DNA of 63,482 bases, filler included, from Dugesia japonica (taxonomy: Eukaryota): NCBI GenBank assembly GCA_001938525.1. It is 6 parts of 6 records of this genome, joined end to end, with 100 filler letters (N's around TTAATTAATTAA, not from the genome) between each part and the next. Parts side by side here need not be neighbours in the genome. Positions count along the whole stretch, not along the records: positions 34,461 to 44,022 come from MQRL01613679.1; positions 44,123 to 54,271 come from MQRL01481102.1; 4 more parts are not named here. One strand, given 5' to 3'. This document shows, piece by piece, positions 39,651 through 52,074 of this stretch (positions within the stretch are counted from its first letter, which is position 1; every line of letters begins with the position of its first letter). The position numbers were made by a program, and so were the translations under genes. Below the pieces are notes generated by a model that did not search any database, was not told where the DNA came from, and worked only from the letters and a program-made list of their open reading frames with translations.

Positions 39651-40047
39651 AATCGAACATTGAAAGATGCATTAAAAATGTACTTTGTATATACTAGTAG
39701 TAAAACCTGGATACACGTATTAACTAAAAAAATCGATTGTTAAAATCATACAAGTCCCAAAGGGATTAAATGTAGTACGACCTATAGATATACCATCTGA
39801 TAGTTCCTTGAAATTAGGGCTTTTGAGATTTACACCAAAAGCAATCAAGAAATCAAAATATAAAGTTGGTGATCATGTTAGAATCTCAAAGATTTTAGTT
39901 TCGCCATTCATTAAACAATTCGATAGTAATTGGAATGATGAATTGTTTCAAATATCGAAATTCAACAACAACAGAATCCAATCATGTATGTTATTAAAGA
40001 TCATGAAGAAAATATCATTGATGAATAAAATCGATGAAATCAAGTAG
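39650..40047 (+). pseudogene. Polinton/Maverick-type integrase C-terminal remnant
   Basis: LKDALKMYFVYTSSKTWIHVL...KYKVGDHVRISK..FIKQFDSNWNDELFQISK resembles the Polinton integrase pattern F.VGD.VRISK...F.KGY..NWS.E.F.I. Confidence 0.65.
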
Positions 40048-42213
40048 CTAGTTCCCCCCTCCTCACTAGTGATACCTCACTTCCCCCCTCGGAAGATAAA
40101 GTTTTTTTGTGGTGTAAGAATTTACATGTATTTAATGGGAGGATAATAAGTGTGCGTATTATTTAACCGTGGTGTAAGACTTTTATGTGTATTCAGTAGA
40201 TCGATAAATATAGATAATAGTTGTGAATGCGGTTACATAACTGCGGCAGTATTTCCTTTGATTTAATTGGTCGAATTGTTCATTTGTTATGTAACGGTTA
40301 TGTGACTATTAAATAATCATAGTTTTTTCGTTATAGTTCTATTTTGATAGATTTTCATGATTTTTTGCTTTAATGAAATGAAATTACTTATTTTCGTTTA
40401 AACTTAGCGAAATTAATATCGTCTGTTTAAATTAAGTGAAATTCATGGTTTTTGTTTAAATTGTCATATTTCTGTAATTTTTATTTTGTTTAAATCGATG
40501 AAAAAGTTTATTTTTCATTAAATTAACCACATTTTTATTAGTATTTCTCTCAAACAATATTAACATAACCATTAGTCGTTCCTCAGTAAATATTCATATA
40601 TGCTCCTTGGTAATATTAATATTAACATTATGATGGGTTTCTAGGATTTTTTATGTAAAAATTCACTCGATTCTTTTTCGCGAATTCAAATCACCATTTA
40701 TTTTCATTTCTGTACTCTAGGAGCATACCTAGAAACCGCAAGCATTTATAGTACCGCTATACCATGCCCCTCATTTCACGGGTCCAGCGCAACTTTGCGG
40801 TATCATATCTTGCTCTCGGATTATCGATGTTTACAAAATAATACAATTGCCTCGCTCAGTTGGCCTTCATGAAACATCCATACATATATAAACCCGGTCG
40901 CACATATTCTTAATAAATTAATTTAATAACAGATTTTTAACATTGGTTCTTTTATTTATAACATTAAAACTTCGTATTGTTATTAAATCCATCAATTTCA
41001 GTTATCAATCTCTTTTGATTAACGAATAATAAAACAATTGATATGCATTTCGATTTTTCGGCCTGCAGCCTGTCCGGTCTTCGTATTTGCTTTTGTAACA
41101 CGGACCAGAGAAAATGATTACTAAAAGCAGCCTTTTTTCTTCGTCTCTGCTAGTAAAAAGAGTTTCTTTAACAACTTATTTCGAATGAAATGTTTAATAA
41201 AATAAAAATATAGATGTATAAAATGTGTTAAACATTCGCACAAAAAAATATTTTTTATATTTGAATCGTGATTTTATTGTAATTTAATTGCTTTTACTTT
41301 ACTACATAAATTATGAATATTATGAAAATACTTTTTAACTAATTAAGAAAATTTTATCAACGATGCAGACAATTATTAAAATTATAGAAACATAATATTC
41401 TCTTTCCTCCAAATACAAAATTAAAACCATAATACAGAAGTATATATAACCCAATAAAAGACCAGAAGAATTCATAGGAGTAACATCATGTTGTATGATA
41501 ATCGAGCTTCCAGAAAATCCATTTCATTATCTCGTCCATTTCCTCTTTCATCAAATTTTATTTTAATCAGAAACGCTGACTACCACTCGAACATCACAGC
41601 AATTCTTTCGCCTCCATTCGCAATTCTGTGATATTATTTTTTTCAAACAATTTTACATTTCATCTATCTCGGGAGCCCGATTATCTGAGTCTTTAGGGTA
41701 CACTCGGATCATAAAAATCGTTGCATTAAATCATTGTTGCTAGAAATTATAAAATTTACTTTTTAAATCAATTAAATTTCTCTGTTGAATGAAATAGAAA
41801 ATCCTTCATATAGACGAAACAATTTTAATTGCAATAACATGGTTTTCAAACAAAATTGTGTTCAGTAATTTTCAAAATTATAATCAAAATTAATATTGAA
41901 ATTATGCCGCTATACCATCAAATTGACTGGTTTTATTGTTACTCGTGTTCATAAAAATGATCTTGCTGGGTAGCCAGCCAATCAGAACAGTATATTCTTA
42001 TTTCACAGCCACTGAATGGAGACCAGTTCACGATTACTCGGTGTGCTATTCTTTCTATTTTTATGTCACCATTTTAAGCACACTATCTCGTCTACTTTGG
42101 ATTTTCAATCAGTCACCTCGTATGGCCTATGATTAATTCGAAAAGTAGTAAGTGTTTGACAGAATAACAGTTAGTAACTTGTTTGTTACTAATTTCAGAC
42201 TTTATTCCATCCT

Positions 42214-44022
42214 AGTAGGAAGATATGAGCGCACCAAACCGGGGCCTCTCGATGGGTGCAACCCCTCCCCCACCCCCACCACGATGAGTCATAGCCACGT
42301 TCCTTTAGGACTCCGCCCCTTTTAGACTCCTCCTCTTTTGAACTCCGCCACGTTTTTTTATTTTTTTCATTTTTTTAAAAAATTTTTTGTTATTTTTTAA
42401 ATTTTTTTTTAAAAATTTTTTTAATGAGTCATACTTTTATTTGAAAATTTTTAATTCAGAACAAAGACATCATAACCCCTACACCACCTCCTAACCCCCA
42501 CCCTCCAGACATTTTGAAATTTTGTTTTGATGAGTCATAATTTTATTGAAAATTTTTTCTAAGTCAGAACAAAGACGCCATAACCCCGCTCACGGAAACA
42601 TATTACTTTAAAATATTACCCACACCCTCTCCCCTCATGGAAACATATAAATTAGAAAAAAATTATTTTTATTAATAAATAATTTTTTTTGTTTTAATAA
42701 ATAATTTTTTTTGTTTTAATAATTGTATTTGTTTTTATTTAACTAAATTTTTTTTTTGAAATTTTTTTGTTTAAAATAAAAAAAATTTCTTTTTCTTTTA
42801 ATAATTTCTTTTTATTTAATTTTATGAAAAATATTTTTTTTGAAATTTTTCTTTTATAAACAGTTTATTTTTTAAAATTTTTCTTTTAGTTTTTTTTATT
42901 TGTCATATTTTTTTAAATTTGTCACAGTTTTAAATTTGATAAAATACTAAAGAAAACAAAATATCTGGTTACATTAAAAAAATTTTTTTTTTAATTTAGC
43001 AACTAAACTATATATAACCACAAACCAAAATTATGGATTTTTTTTAAAATTTTTTTTTATTTAAAAATTTTATTTTGGTAATTTTAGTTTATTTGAATTT
43101 TTTTTTGGGAAAATTATTATTATTATCTTTTTTTGTATTTAAAAATATTATCGAGTGACACATCAATGTGTCTTTATTTAAACTGCTTAACAAATGCATT
43201 TNNNNNNNNNNNNNNNNNNNNNNNNNNNNNNNNNNNNNNNNNNNNNNNNNNTTTTTTAAAAATTTTTTTAATGAGTCATACTTTTATTTGAAAATTTTTA
43301 ATTCAGAACAAAGACATCATAACCCTTACCCCACCTCCTAACCCCCACCCTCTGGACATTTTGAAATTTTGTTTTGATGAGTAATACTTTTATTTGAAAA
43401 TTTTTAATTCAGAACAAAGACATCATAACCCCTACCCCACCCTCCCGACATTTTGAAATTTTGTTTTGATGAGTCATATTTTTATTGAAAATTTTTTCTA
43501 AGTCCGAATTTTGGTAATTTTAGTTTATTTGAATTTCTTTTTTGGGAAAATTATTATTATTATCTTTTTTTTGTATTTAAAAATATTATCGAGTGACACA
43601 TCAATGTGTCTTTATTTAAACTNCTTAACAAATGCATTTCTATATTTTTTTGCATTTCGAAATAAAATCGCGTTTAAAAATTTCATTATTTTGATTAAAT
43701 TTTTTGATACAATTTAGACAAAGAAATTTTTTTCACGAATTCTATATAATTTTTTAAAAATTGGAATGAGTTCTATGTACTTTTGGTAATATTTTAACTA
43801 TCATCTAATTAATACAATTTAAATATCTATATAAGTTAATACACAAAAGACAATTATGAGAAAAATTTATTTAAATCACACACACACATGTTCTTTATTA
43901 CACATTTAAAAATTCAATCAATATGACTTCATCAGTTATTTCTTTATTATTAATTTCCCCATTGGACTGTGAATCAGTCATTTCCTCACCAATCATATCT
44001 TTATTTGCATTTGTGTCAGGTA
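42214..44022. mobile_element. Terminal region of an unclassified TIR element (possibly Polinton-related) with GC-rich end, tandem units of about 100 bp and an acidic ORF tail
   Basis: AGTAGG start; GACTCC(G/T)CC triplet; repeated units GATGAGTCATA..TTGAAAATTTT..CAGAACAAAGACATCATAACCCC; shares motifs with 32989-34240. Confidence 0.5.
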
Positions 44023-44122
44023 NNNNNNNNNNNNNNNNNNNNNNNNNNNNNNNNNNNNNNNNNNNNTTAATTAATTAANNNNNNNNNNNNNNNNNNNNNN
44101 NNNNNNNNNNNNNNNNNNNNNN
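44023..44122. other. Artificial scaffold spacer
   Basis: N44-TTAATTAATTAA-N44. Confidence 0.95.
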
Positions 44123-46907
44123 ATGTATTAAGTATTAATTAATTAACCAATTATTTATGTTTTCAAAAATATCCAAAGCAAAATAACAAAATTGTTACCG
44201 CAAGCACTTTTTCATATTTCTTAAAAGTCATTGCATTCATAAGTTCCTCAACTTCAAATGGAGAATACAATAATCGAAGAAAGATATTAGCAGAACTAAT
44301 TTGACTAAGGAAATTAGTGTCTTGTGAAACAAGTCCAATTCTAGATCCTAATATGTTAGCATCATTTAAAAAAACATTATCTGGAATGCAAGTTGAATTC
44401 TCGCATAACTTATCTATCTGCAATAAAAATTTAAGAAATATTCAAAAATTAAATAAATACCTGGTCGTAAATAACATTATTCCATTTTACAGATGTTAAA
44501 TAGAAAGGAATAGAAAGTGATTCATAACTTATAATACAAATTAGAGATTTAGAATTTTCTAAATTTAAAAGAACTTCATTAGCACCGTTTAATGAAAGAT
44601 AAGAATCAAAAATAATTATTTTATTCAAAGGAAATAGTTTGGATAATAACCCTTGCCACTCATAAATTTGTGAAATTGTTGTTACAATTAATTCAGGATA
44701 TTCAGAATTACATTTACTCGACAAAAAACTAAAAAGAACTAAAATAATTTATAATTAACCATATCAATGCATTTCAAATAAAACCTGAGAGCATTAATCG
44801 GTCATCACCGACTTGCAAGGAACTGACTATTGAAAATGAACATTTAATTTTGATTAATTCATACATTATCTTAATGTTTCTATTTACAGATTCATTTTTC
44901 AGAATTTCTTCCAAGATATCAGATGATGTTGATAGCATTTCAGCATATGAAACATTTATTACGTCTTGAATTTTTTCACCTTGTAATTTTATAAAGCAAT
45001 TTTTATTTCCAGTCATCAATAAAATGTCATTAGGTTCTTGAGATATATCTGTTAAAACAGATTCAACATCAATATCTGAATATACAGCAGACTTGTCGTC
45101 ATAATTTTCTGAATTAAAGTAATTTTCATCAATAATTTTTTCTAATGGCATCTGTGAAAGCATTTTCAATTCATTAATTTCATTTTCAAACGACGATTTC
45201 ATCTATAATACCAAATTAAATTAAATTAATTTTAAAAAAAAACTTTATTTTCTTAATTGTATGGCTTGACAACACAACATCAATTAAACTATATCAAAAA
45301 AAATAATTAACTCTAAAAAAAGGTTAATTTTTATTAATTTTATCAATAAACAGAAACGAATGAGAGAAATTACGAGTATTTCAGATTTAAAACATTGAAA
45401 ATTACAATTATTCAATACAAAACTTTGGTGTCCAACCATTTCTATTCTCGTAAGAAAATTACTGTCAGTTAACAGATGCTTTGAAAAATGGATTAACTAA
45501 TAATATTGTGAAAATTATGATTTTTATTGAATTAAGAATTATATATCTTTCTAAAAATATATTCAAAATTATGAACGGCTAATTTAATTAACACTTTCAC
45601 CTTCTAAAATATGAATATTTTCTCGAGTATAACATTTTTGACATAGATAATATTCCTCACATAAATAAATATTGATTTAAAGAATAATTTTCTTCGTTGT
45701 TGATTTTAAAATTATAATTTATGAAACATAACAGTGTCATTAAAATTAATTTAAGTTGAAGAAATAACTGTTCTTCAAATCAACATTGGTTTAAATTAAC
45801 TAATAAAAGTAGTAAAAGTAAAATAAACTAATTAATATCAATCGATAATTACAAATGCATAAATCATCAAAACTCAAATAAATACTTCAATTTCATTCAT
45901 GTTCATATCGTTCTCTAGCCAATTTATTTCTTCAGTGAAATTTTCTGGTGGTGAATTACTATCACTAAAATTAAAAGACGTATCTTTTATGCATAAATTT
46001 TCTTCTTCGGAGAACATAACAGAACTATAAGATTTAGAGGAATTGAAAGAGCATAAACTATCGCTATCTGATTTAGTCTGAAATTCAAACTCCTCATCTA
46101 GATCATCGCAATTAATTAAACTTTTTGACAGCCAAAGCTGGCATAAATCCATCGGAGACTTTTCAGAGGATTTAATTGCAACATTAGAACAAAATTTATA
46201 ATAATTTTCCTATTAAATCGTTAAACTTTTTGATAAAAGAAAATATACCTTTTCTTTAAACCATTCTCTTATCATTTTAGCAACTTTAGAACAATGCAAC
46301 CTGGCTTCTTCTTGAAATTGAATAAATTCGAGAGTTTTAATTTCGTCTTTTATAAAAACGTATGTCTTTGCACTATTAGCTATCTAAGATATACCTGTAA
46401 AGATTTAAATGTTTGTTAATAAAATACTATTTTGGCAGCAGAAATTTTCCAATTCAACCTATTTAATCTATCAATCGATAACCACTCAATTTCATTAATT
46501 ACGTAGTCCCAATAAGTTTTGTTTCTGTTTGGTTCTAAAACTTTTGGCAATGCATCACGCGACCAAATTCCTTTCTTTTTCAATGCAGATATTCTATCCA
46601 AAACAGTTGCTTCTTGTAATGCGTCATTTACATTTTGTTCATCTTGAATTTTTTTAAAAGTTTTCATATTTTGATTCTTTTTAAAATTTATTTTTGTATG
46701 TTTTTTCAATTTAAAACTTTTATATTTCATAATTTTCTTAAAAACCTTCGATGTCTTGGGAAAAACTATATTGTATTTATCTTTCCAAACTAGTACTTCA
46801 TTAAATCCATCAGGTCCAAATTTATATTTATATTCGTTTTGAAAATAAAATACTTTTAGTAATTCCAATGATTTGCTTTTCAACGTTTGACATTTTAAAT
46901 CACCCAT
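44123..46907 (-). CDS. Domino/SRCAP/EP400-family protein, 5' part (HSA domain and degenerate SNF2 ATPase N-lobe); multi-exon, truncated by spacer
   Basis: HSA-region GIWSRDALPKVLEPNRNKTYWDYVINEIEWLS; EINELKMLSQMPLEKII; SNF2-like PELIVTTISQIYEWQGLLSKLFP..ICIISYE..KWNNVIYDQ; 46-bp and 43-bp GT-AG introns at 44739-44784 and 44418-44460. Confidence 0.8.
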
Positions 46908-47444
46908 TTTATTTTCTTATTTATAATTTCAAATATTGCACATTTAAATTATTTAAACAAATTCAATAATTTATGGATTTATTACATATCAAAAATAATA
47001 AAATTTCTGATAAACATTAAAAAATAATTTTACATAATTTAATATACAAATATTATACTTAAAATTTCCACAATAAAATCCAATTTTTAATCAATTCGAA
47101 GAAACAGTACGTTACATAACAAAAATTTAATCATGCAATACAATAGTCCAATTATTTATTCAGTAAAAATGAATTTAAGGACTAGAAATGGATATTTCAA
47201 AATTAATTTGGGACTTCACACAAAGTAAAAATTATTAAGGAAGCTCTTGATATGAAAATAACTGTACATTTTATACACAAATCTCACAGTAAATAATTAA
47301 TCACAAATCAACTTTAAAAAATTATTTAAAGCACTTACAATACATTCTCTTACAATTCATTCTGCATAAATCACGAACATTTAATTTAAATTTTACGAAG
47401 TTGAAAACTTTAAAATTAAAAAGTAAAGGAATGAAAGAATTTTC

Positions 47445-50400
47445 TTAATTAAAGTAATTATTTTGATGGTTTGAGCGGTAAATTTGAGAATCATTGGGAT
47501 TCGAAGATTGAAAATTAACTTGAGTCTGTTGAGGCAATCCTTTTTGAGGTACCATCATTTTGGAAAAAACTTGTTGAGAACCAGGATAGTTCATATTGGT
47601 TCCGTTAGAGATTTGAGAATAATTGGCTGATGGGCGTAAATTATTTGAAGACGACTGATGATTTTGAAAATTTGGAATATAATTTAAATTATTCATCATA
47701 AACGTATGTCCCGATGATGGAGAATAATTAGTAATGTGATTTGATATACGATTTATTGGAAGAGACATTTGATTAGGAATTATTCCTGATATAGCTTTGT
47801 TATTGGCTAAAATATGATTATTCATATCTTGAATATAATTTGGATTTATTTGTTGAGGAATAGACGGATTATTGACATAATATGACAATTGTGACTGATT
47901 AGACTGTGCTGGAGTCAATCTTTGATGTATTAAAGAATTTTGAGGTACATTCGAAGAATATATAGCAGGTTTAGATGATTGCTTTGAACTAATAAAATGA
48001 CGATATATATGTGTATAATTGGGGTTGTTTTTCAGCCATTCATTGAACTAATACAAAATAAAGAAAAAAAGCAAACAATAATTAAATACCTTTAAATGAC
48101 CATCTGGTTGATTTTGAAAAGTTGCATAAGCATTTTCTACTATTTGCATGTCTTTATGGGAAGGAAATCCTTTATTGACTGATGGATAATTTCCATTAGT
48201 GTAAACCCCATATTGGAAATTCGAAATGTCATTTATGTGAGAATTTATAGGAATTATATTTGGATTCGATTGTTGTATGTAATTTGATTTAACATTAAAT
48301 GATGGATTACCAGTAGGAGTATTAATCTTAACAGGAGTGAAATCTAAATTTGTATTATTGGAATTATTAGATAGCGGCCCATTATTTTGGACAAACTGAT
48401 ACTGTGGCTGTGCAACTGAATTAGTAGTTACTGTGTTACTTAAATCTTGGCCAGATGAAGACGATGGATTATTTGAAACATTACTGTTACAACGCATCAA
48501 AGCAGTGCGTCTTCTAAGTATTTGTTTTTGAATATACCTTTGTTTATTTTCTTGCTTTTTTAGTTTTTGCTTAATTTGCTGACAAAATATAATGGAACAT
48601 TTTACATCAGTACAAAATTTAGCATGATAAGCAGATAATTTAAATATTCCTTTACAATTACTACATGATTGCGCATTTCGTTCCTTGCAATTTTTACTGT
48701 GTGACAATGCTTTCTTAAAAAAGCTGCATGCATTCATTCTACAACAAGCATCTCTACAAGTTGCAGCATGTTCAAAATACTTGACTAATCTATCTATTCG
48801 TCTTCGATTTGTTTCTTCACAATTTTCATCAGTTTTAAAATTTAGATTATCACTTTCATCTTCAACGCCTGAACCAATTTTCTCTAAAGTATGGATATGT
48901 TTCTCTGTAGCATAACATTTTTGACAAAGATCATATTCCTCACATAATTTGCAGTGATATCTAGTTTCAATTTGCGCATTACACGCGTTACAAGTGTAAC
49001 AAAAACTTTGTTTTACCTCATTGTGTAATTCATAGCACATTACTAAAGTAGAATATAATGAGCGACGCAAGTTGGAAAATTCTAAATGTTTAGCGCGCGC
49101 CATTTGTAAAAAATTTTCTCTTCCATCCATTAATTCGGATTCCAGTGTTGGATCAGGGTCGTTAATTTCTTTAAGATTACAAACATTTTTTTGTGGATGC
49201 AATCTTATGATAAAAAAATTATCTTTATGCTTCTCCATAATTTCTAACACTTTTTTAAAAAGTTCATTAACCGTATCTGCAGGATCGTGAATTTTTTTCC
49301 GTTTAGATGTCGCTATGTTTGTTGTTTTTTTCTGCTTTCGTTTTTTTGGTTTCTTATTTCCAATACTATCTTTACTTATCTCATATGTAACTAGTGAATC
49401 ATTATCATCATCGTCCTGTACAATTTCCTTCGCTTTACGATTATTCTCTTCAAATTCTTTGAGAATATCTTCAAATGCATTTGGCCAAAAGTCACCTTCA
49501 AAATACGGTATCTCGTTAACTGATTTTATTTCTGATAAATGGGCATCTTTATAAACATCTTTATAATCATCTATGACTAATTCTTGAATACCCTTATCCA
49601 ACATTTTTGTATACCATTCTTGTAATCTTTTCGGTTTCGGAATTCTTTGATCAGGTGGATGAATATGAAAAATATAATCGTCACCTTCACTAGGAGGACA
49701 TGCCCATATATGAGCCATGACATACCCTAATTTTTTAACATAATCTAAATATCCAACAAGAATCTCATAATAAACTTTAGTTCTGTGTTTTGAAGGTTCA
49801 AAGTATTTGACAGAATCAAGATACGCTACATACACTCTTCTTCTATTAGGTTCAGGGCAATCAGATCCATATTCTTGAACATGTAGGCCAAAAAAACATA
49901 CTTCACGTCCTTGGTACTCTTGAAATGCAAATATGGCTTTTGAACGATATGGAAACGAAGTTTCAGAATCGCCAAAGTAAGATTTCATTCCAGTCTTTAC
50001 TTCAGTGACCTTTTTAACACTCGAAAGAACCCGAATAATAACATTATCTGTAGTTATCTCATTTTTTTTTAAATAATCATTGACCCTTTTTTCTAAAAAG
50101 TTACTTAATACGGATGGCAATAAACGTTTAGCAGTATATTTATTTTCTCGCTTTTGCCCATTTTTTACACAACTTTTACAGTAAAATGATGACCATATTT
50201 CATCAATGTGACATGCGCAAACTTTATGCCACTTTCGCTTGCAATCATGGCAAAAAACAAATTCTTCGTGAATTTCGACATTATTTCTTTTTTTAACTAA
50301 AAGATCCTTTCTAATAGTTCTACATAATTTGATAAAAACTTTTAATACAAATTTATTCATACTTACACCATTTCATTAGATTCCGCGATAAAGGAAACTT

Positions 50401-52074
50401 TTGTAGAATTGTCAGAATAACATTTTTCACAACAAAGATATGAATCCACTAACATCCCTGGAACTTTATCACTAAACTTATGTAAATATTTTTTTTAATT
50501 GTAAATTATTACTCATTTTCATTTTGATATGCATAATAAACCGAATCTTTATTAATTGTACAAACATTTGCAGTACAACAGAGCAAGGTTAACGGCTGAT
50601 AAACCTCAGCGCGACCACAACAGAAACCTAATTTTACCATTATCTCATCAATTTGAACTTGTATATCATTCATGCTCTGGAATAAAATTACATCATCATT
50701 ATTTAAAACATTAATTACCTGTACAAAATCTTTTTTTGACTTTCCCTTTTTTTTAGTATAAATACAAACATTTTTAATCAAAATATTCAAATCATCGACA
50801 ACACCCCACGGATCTTCATAATCACCATCTTCTAATTTTTGGGATATTGTTGAAAGTGATATACATTTAGATGAAGCTTTCACAGATTCTAAATTGTTAT
50901 AATTTTTTGTATCTACTTGACTTAAAAAAAGTTGAGCATTTTTATTATTTTTTACAAAATCAAAAAAAACTTTGAATTCTATTATTAATTCATCTTTAGC
51001 CCAAATTTTTACTAATGTTTCTTGTTTATTAGTCGTTTCTGTAGTAATAAGTTGTGACTCTTGCTTAGGTTCTTTAACTTTTTGCTCAATTTTTATTTCT
51101 TCTTTAGTGGTATCATAATTTAGTAAAAGTTTTCGCTGTCGCTCGTACTCATTTTGAAGAATTTTTTCGAAATGATTTAAATGATCTGTATCAGAGCAGG
51201 TTTTATTTGATGCTAGAAATAAATCAGGATCATTGTTATTATTTATCGAATTGTCAATAGAAATATTGGGGGATTTGGTTATAATTTCAGGACAACTAAC
51301 ACAATTTTCAGAACTCTTTTGACTAATACATAACTTTTTGTGAATTATAAAACAATTTTCAGCAAGTAATCTATAATATTCATCAATAGTACTCGACTTT
51401 AAATAACTATCATTTTCAATTTTCTTGGCATGATCAATTATATTGATCATTCTTTCATCTTTATATGCCTTACCACAATCCTTGACAGGTAAAATTGTTT
51501 CAACTCTATAAATTAATCAGAAATTGAATAAATTAAATAAGTCTTACATTCTGTTTATTAATCTGCTACGAATATTTTTATCTACAGTTTTCCAATCTTT
51601 CAGTTTATTATCACTTATATCCACTTTATAATCGAAAGATTTTTCCACAGGCTTTTTATCTTGTGTTATTGTATTTTCTGTATTTATAGTCAAATTATCT
51701 TTTCCATCTTGATCCACATTATCATAAGCTATTTTACTTTTATTAGATTGTTGTCTAGACTTTATTGGAGCACATATTAGACATGTTATTTTCCCACATC
51801 TTTTCCAATGCGACAATATACGTTTCGACGTGGAACAATGTGAGAAAGGACATTGTTTCTCTTTAGTACATATAGACATATGAGATAAAACATCTCTCAT
51901 CATGGCACAGTGTGGACTAGGACATGGATTCACTCCATGTATTTCATAATGTTTTTGACAGCGACATGCATGAAAAATTAGAATTAACTGTTGTTGAATT
52001 TGTTTTCGCTTTTGAGCATCATCCGATACAATGCCACTACCATTAACACTAATTGACATTTCACGATATATCAT
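47445..52074 (-). CDS. CBP: CREB-binding protein/p300 histone acetyltransferase; exons 51548-52074, 50719-51505, 50513-50676, 50367-50471, 48090-50319, 47445-48047 (about 1471 aa)
   Basis: Ordered TAZ1 (KRKQIQQQLILIFHACRC), KIX (EYYRLLAE), bromodomain, RING/PHD, HAT (YLDSV, HIWACPPSEGDDYIF, RLQEWY, PYFEGDFWP), ZZ, TAZ2 and NCBD-like tail; five 41-47 bp GT-AG introns give an open 4416-nt CDS. Confidence 0.97.

Noticed and set aside
42400-43500. Repeat units as a CRISPR array
   Set aside because: Eukaryotic context, degenerate units of about 100 bp without unique spacers, and no cas genes.
48685-49554. Plus-strand ORFs overlapping CBP
   Set aside because: Antisense shadows of the conserved HAT/ZZ/TAZ2 exon.
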